Assembly: GCA_964421015.1 (NCBI GenBank)
Contig: CAYQUS010000005.1
Span: forward strand, 10,063-74,062
Direction: 5' to 3'
Length of the DNA: 64,000 nt
Origin: an uncultured Planctomycetia bacterium
GTDB lineage: Bacteria > Omnitrophota > Gorgyraeia > Tantalellales > Tantalellaceae
Under the pieces are notes generated by a model. That model ran no database searches, had not been told where the DNA came from, and saw nothing but the letters and a program-made list of their open reading frames with translations. The translations under genes were made by a program, and so were the position numbers. Below, in pieces: positions 63,495 through 64,000 of the stretch (positions within the stretch are counted from its first letter, which is position 1; each line of letters starts with the position of its first letter).

Positions 63495-64000
63495 GATGTC
63501 CAATAAAAGAGTAGTCCTTACGGGAGTAGGTGTAGTTACTCCCGTAGGGAACAATATCAAGGATTTCTGGGATTCCCTAATAAACGGTAAAACGGGGGTT
63601 TCCCGTCTTACGGCTTTTGATCCTGAGCCATTCAATTCCCATGTCGCGGCAGAGGTAAAGAACTTCGACGCGACAGCCTACATAAACCCCAAACAGGAAA
63701 GACGTCTTGACCCGTTCGTGAAATTCGCTATAGCCGCTGCCAAAATGGCCTTAGCGGACGCGGGGCTTGATTCTTCGGGTTTCGTACCGGAGAGAGCTGG
63801 GGTGTACATAGGTTCCGGTATAGGCGGGCTGCACACCGTCGAAACTGAGCATGAAAAGTTTCTTAAATCGGAAGATGAGACCAAGGGCGCTTCAAGGATG
63901 TCGCCTTTCCTTATACCGATGCTCATAGTCAATATGGCCTCGGGAATAGTTTCAATAGAGCTGGGTTTTAAGGGGCCTAATTCTTCCTCGGTCACCGCAT
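63495..64000 (+). CDS. fabF: 3-oxoacyl-ACP synthase II, N-terminal part (3'-truncated by window edge)
   Basis: N-terminus MSNKRVVLTGVGVVTPVGN and the KAS fold pattern. Not in the ORF track because there is no stop codon before the window end. Confidence 0.85.

Overview
This 64-kb window looks like a chromosomal segment from an anaerobic bacterium, about 50% GC, with almost all genes on the + strand. Everything here is read from the sequence and the ORF track; no searches were run.

Genes in order:
- purF 3' end and pyrG.
- A small Fis-family HTH gene, then gltB-gltD (glutamate synthase).
- An 858-aa protein with a pyruvate-phosphate-dikinase-type ATP-binding domain (PPDK_N), then a peptidoglycan-binding lipoprotein.
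- An NfnAB/SudBA-like pair (GltD-family) and NADP-dependent gdhA.
- A sigma70-like promoter, a TPP riboswitch with attenuator, and a thi operon: thiE-thiS fusion, thiG, thiH, thiF and a ThiI-like PP-loop protein.
- A hydE-like radical SAM gene bracketed by MITE-like repeats.
- A giant 2791-aa ORF with a PPDK_N-like N-terminus followed by about a dozen degenerate CheY-like receiver modules. This is the most unusual feature in the window.
- nifS and a nifU-like gene.
- A roughly 13-kb co-directional oxidative/nitrosative stress block: an unlisted 45-aa rubredoxin, ferritin, flavodiiron protein, desulfoferrodoxin, rubrerythrin, a ferritin-like protein, glutaredoxin, trxB, an Ogg2-like 8-oxoG glycosylase, a CxxC permease, ccdA, a TlpA-like lipoprotein, a UbiA-family prenyltransferase, an NDH-2-like oxidoreductase, DoxX, an Rrf2 regulator, a ferredoxin-like protein and hcp.
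- Two more giant secreted ORFs (1789 aa with an embedded glycogen-synthase-like GT-B domain; 1470 aa of unknown function), followed by a 142-bp tandem repeat.
- An aldo-keto reductase, a minus-strand GH1 beta-glucosidase, a BNR-like secreted protein, a hypothetical, and fabG-acpP-fabF (the last truncated at the window end).

Noncoding features:
- A dispersed MITE-like repeat family (TTGTCATTCTGAGG...CCTCAGGATGACAA) with at least five loci.
- A GGTGCCAGGCACC palindrome family.
- A shared operator-like palindrome in the promoters of the rubredoxin operon and the rrf2-hcp operon.
- Several intrinsic terminators and a 156-bp nested-hairpin element.
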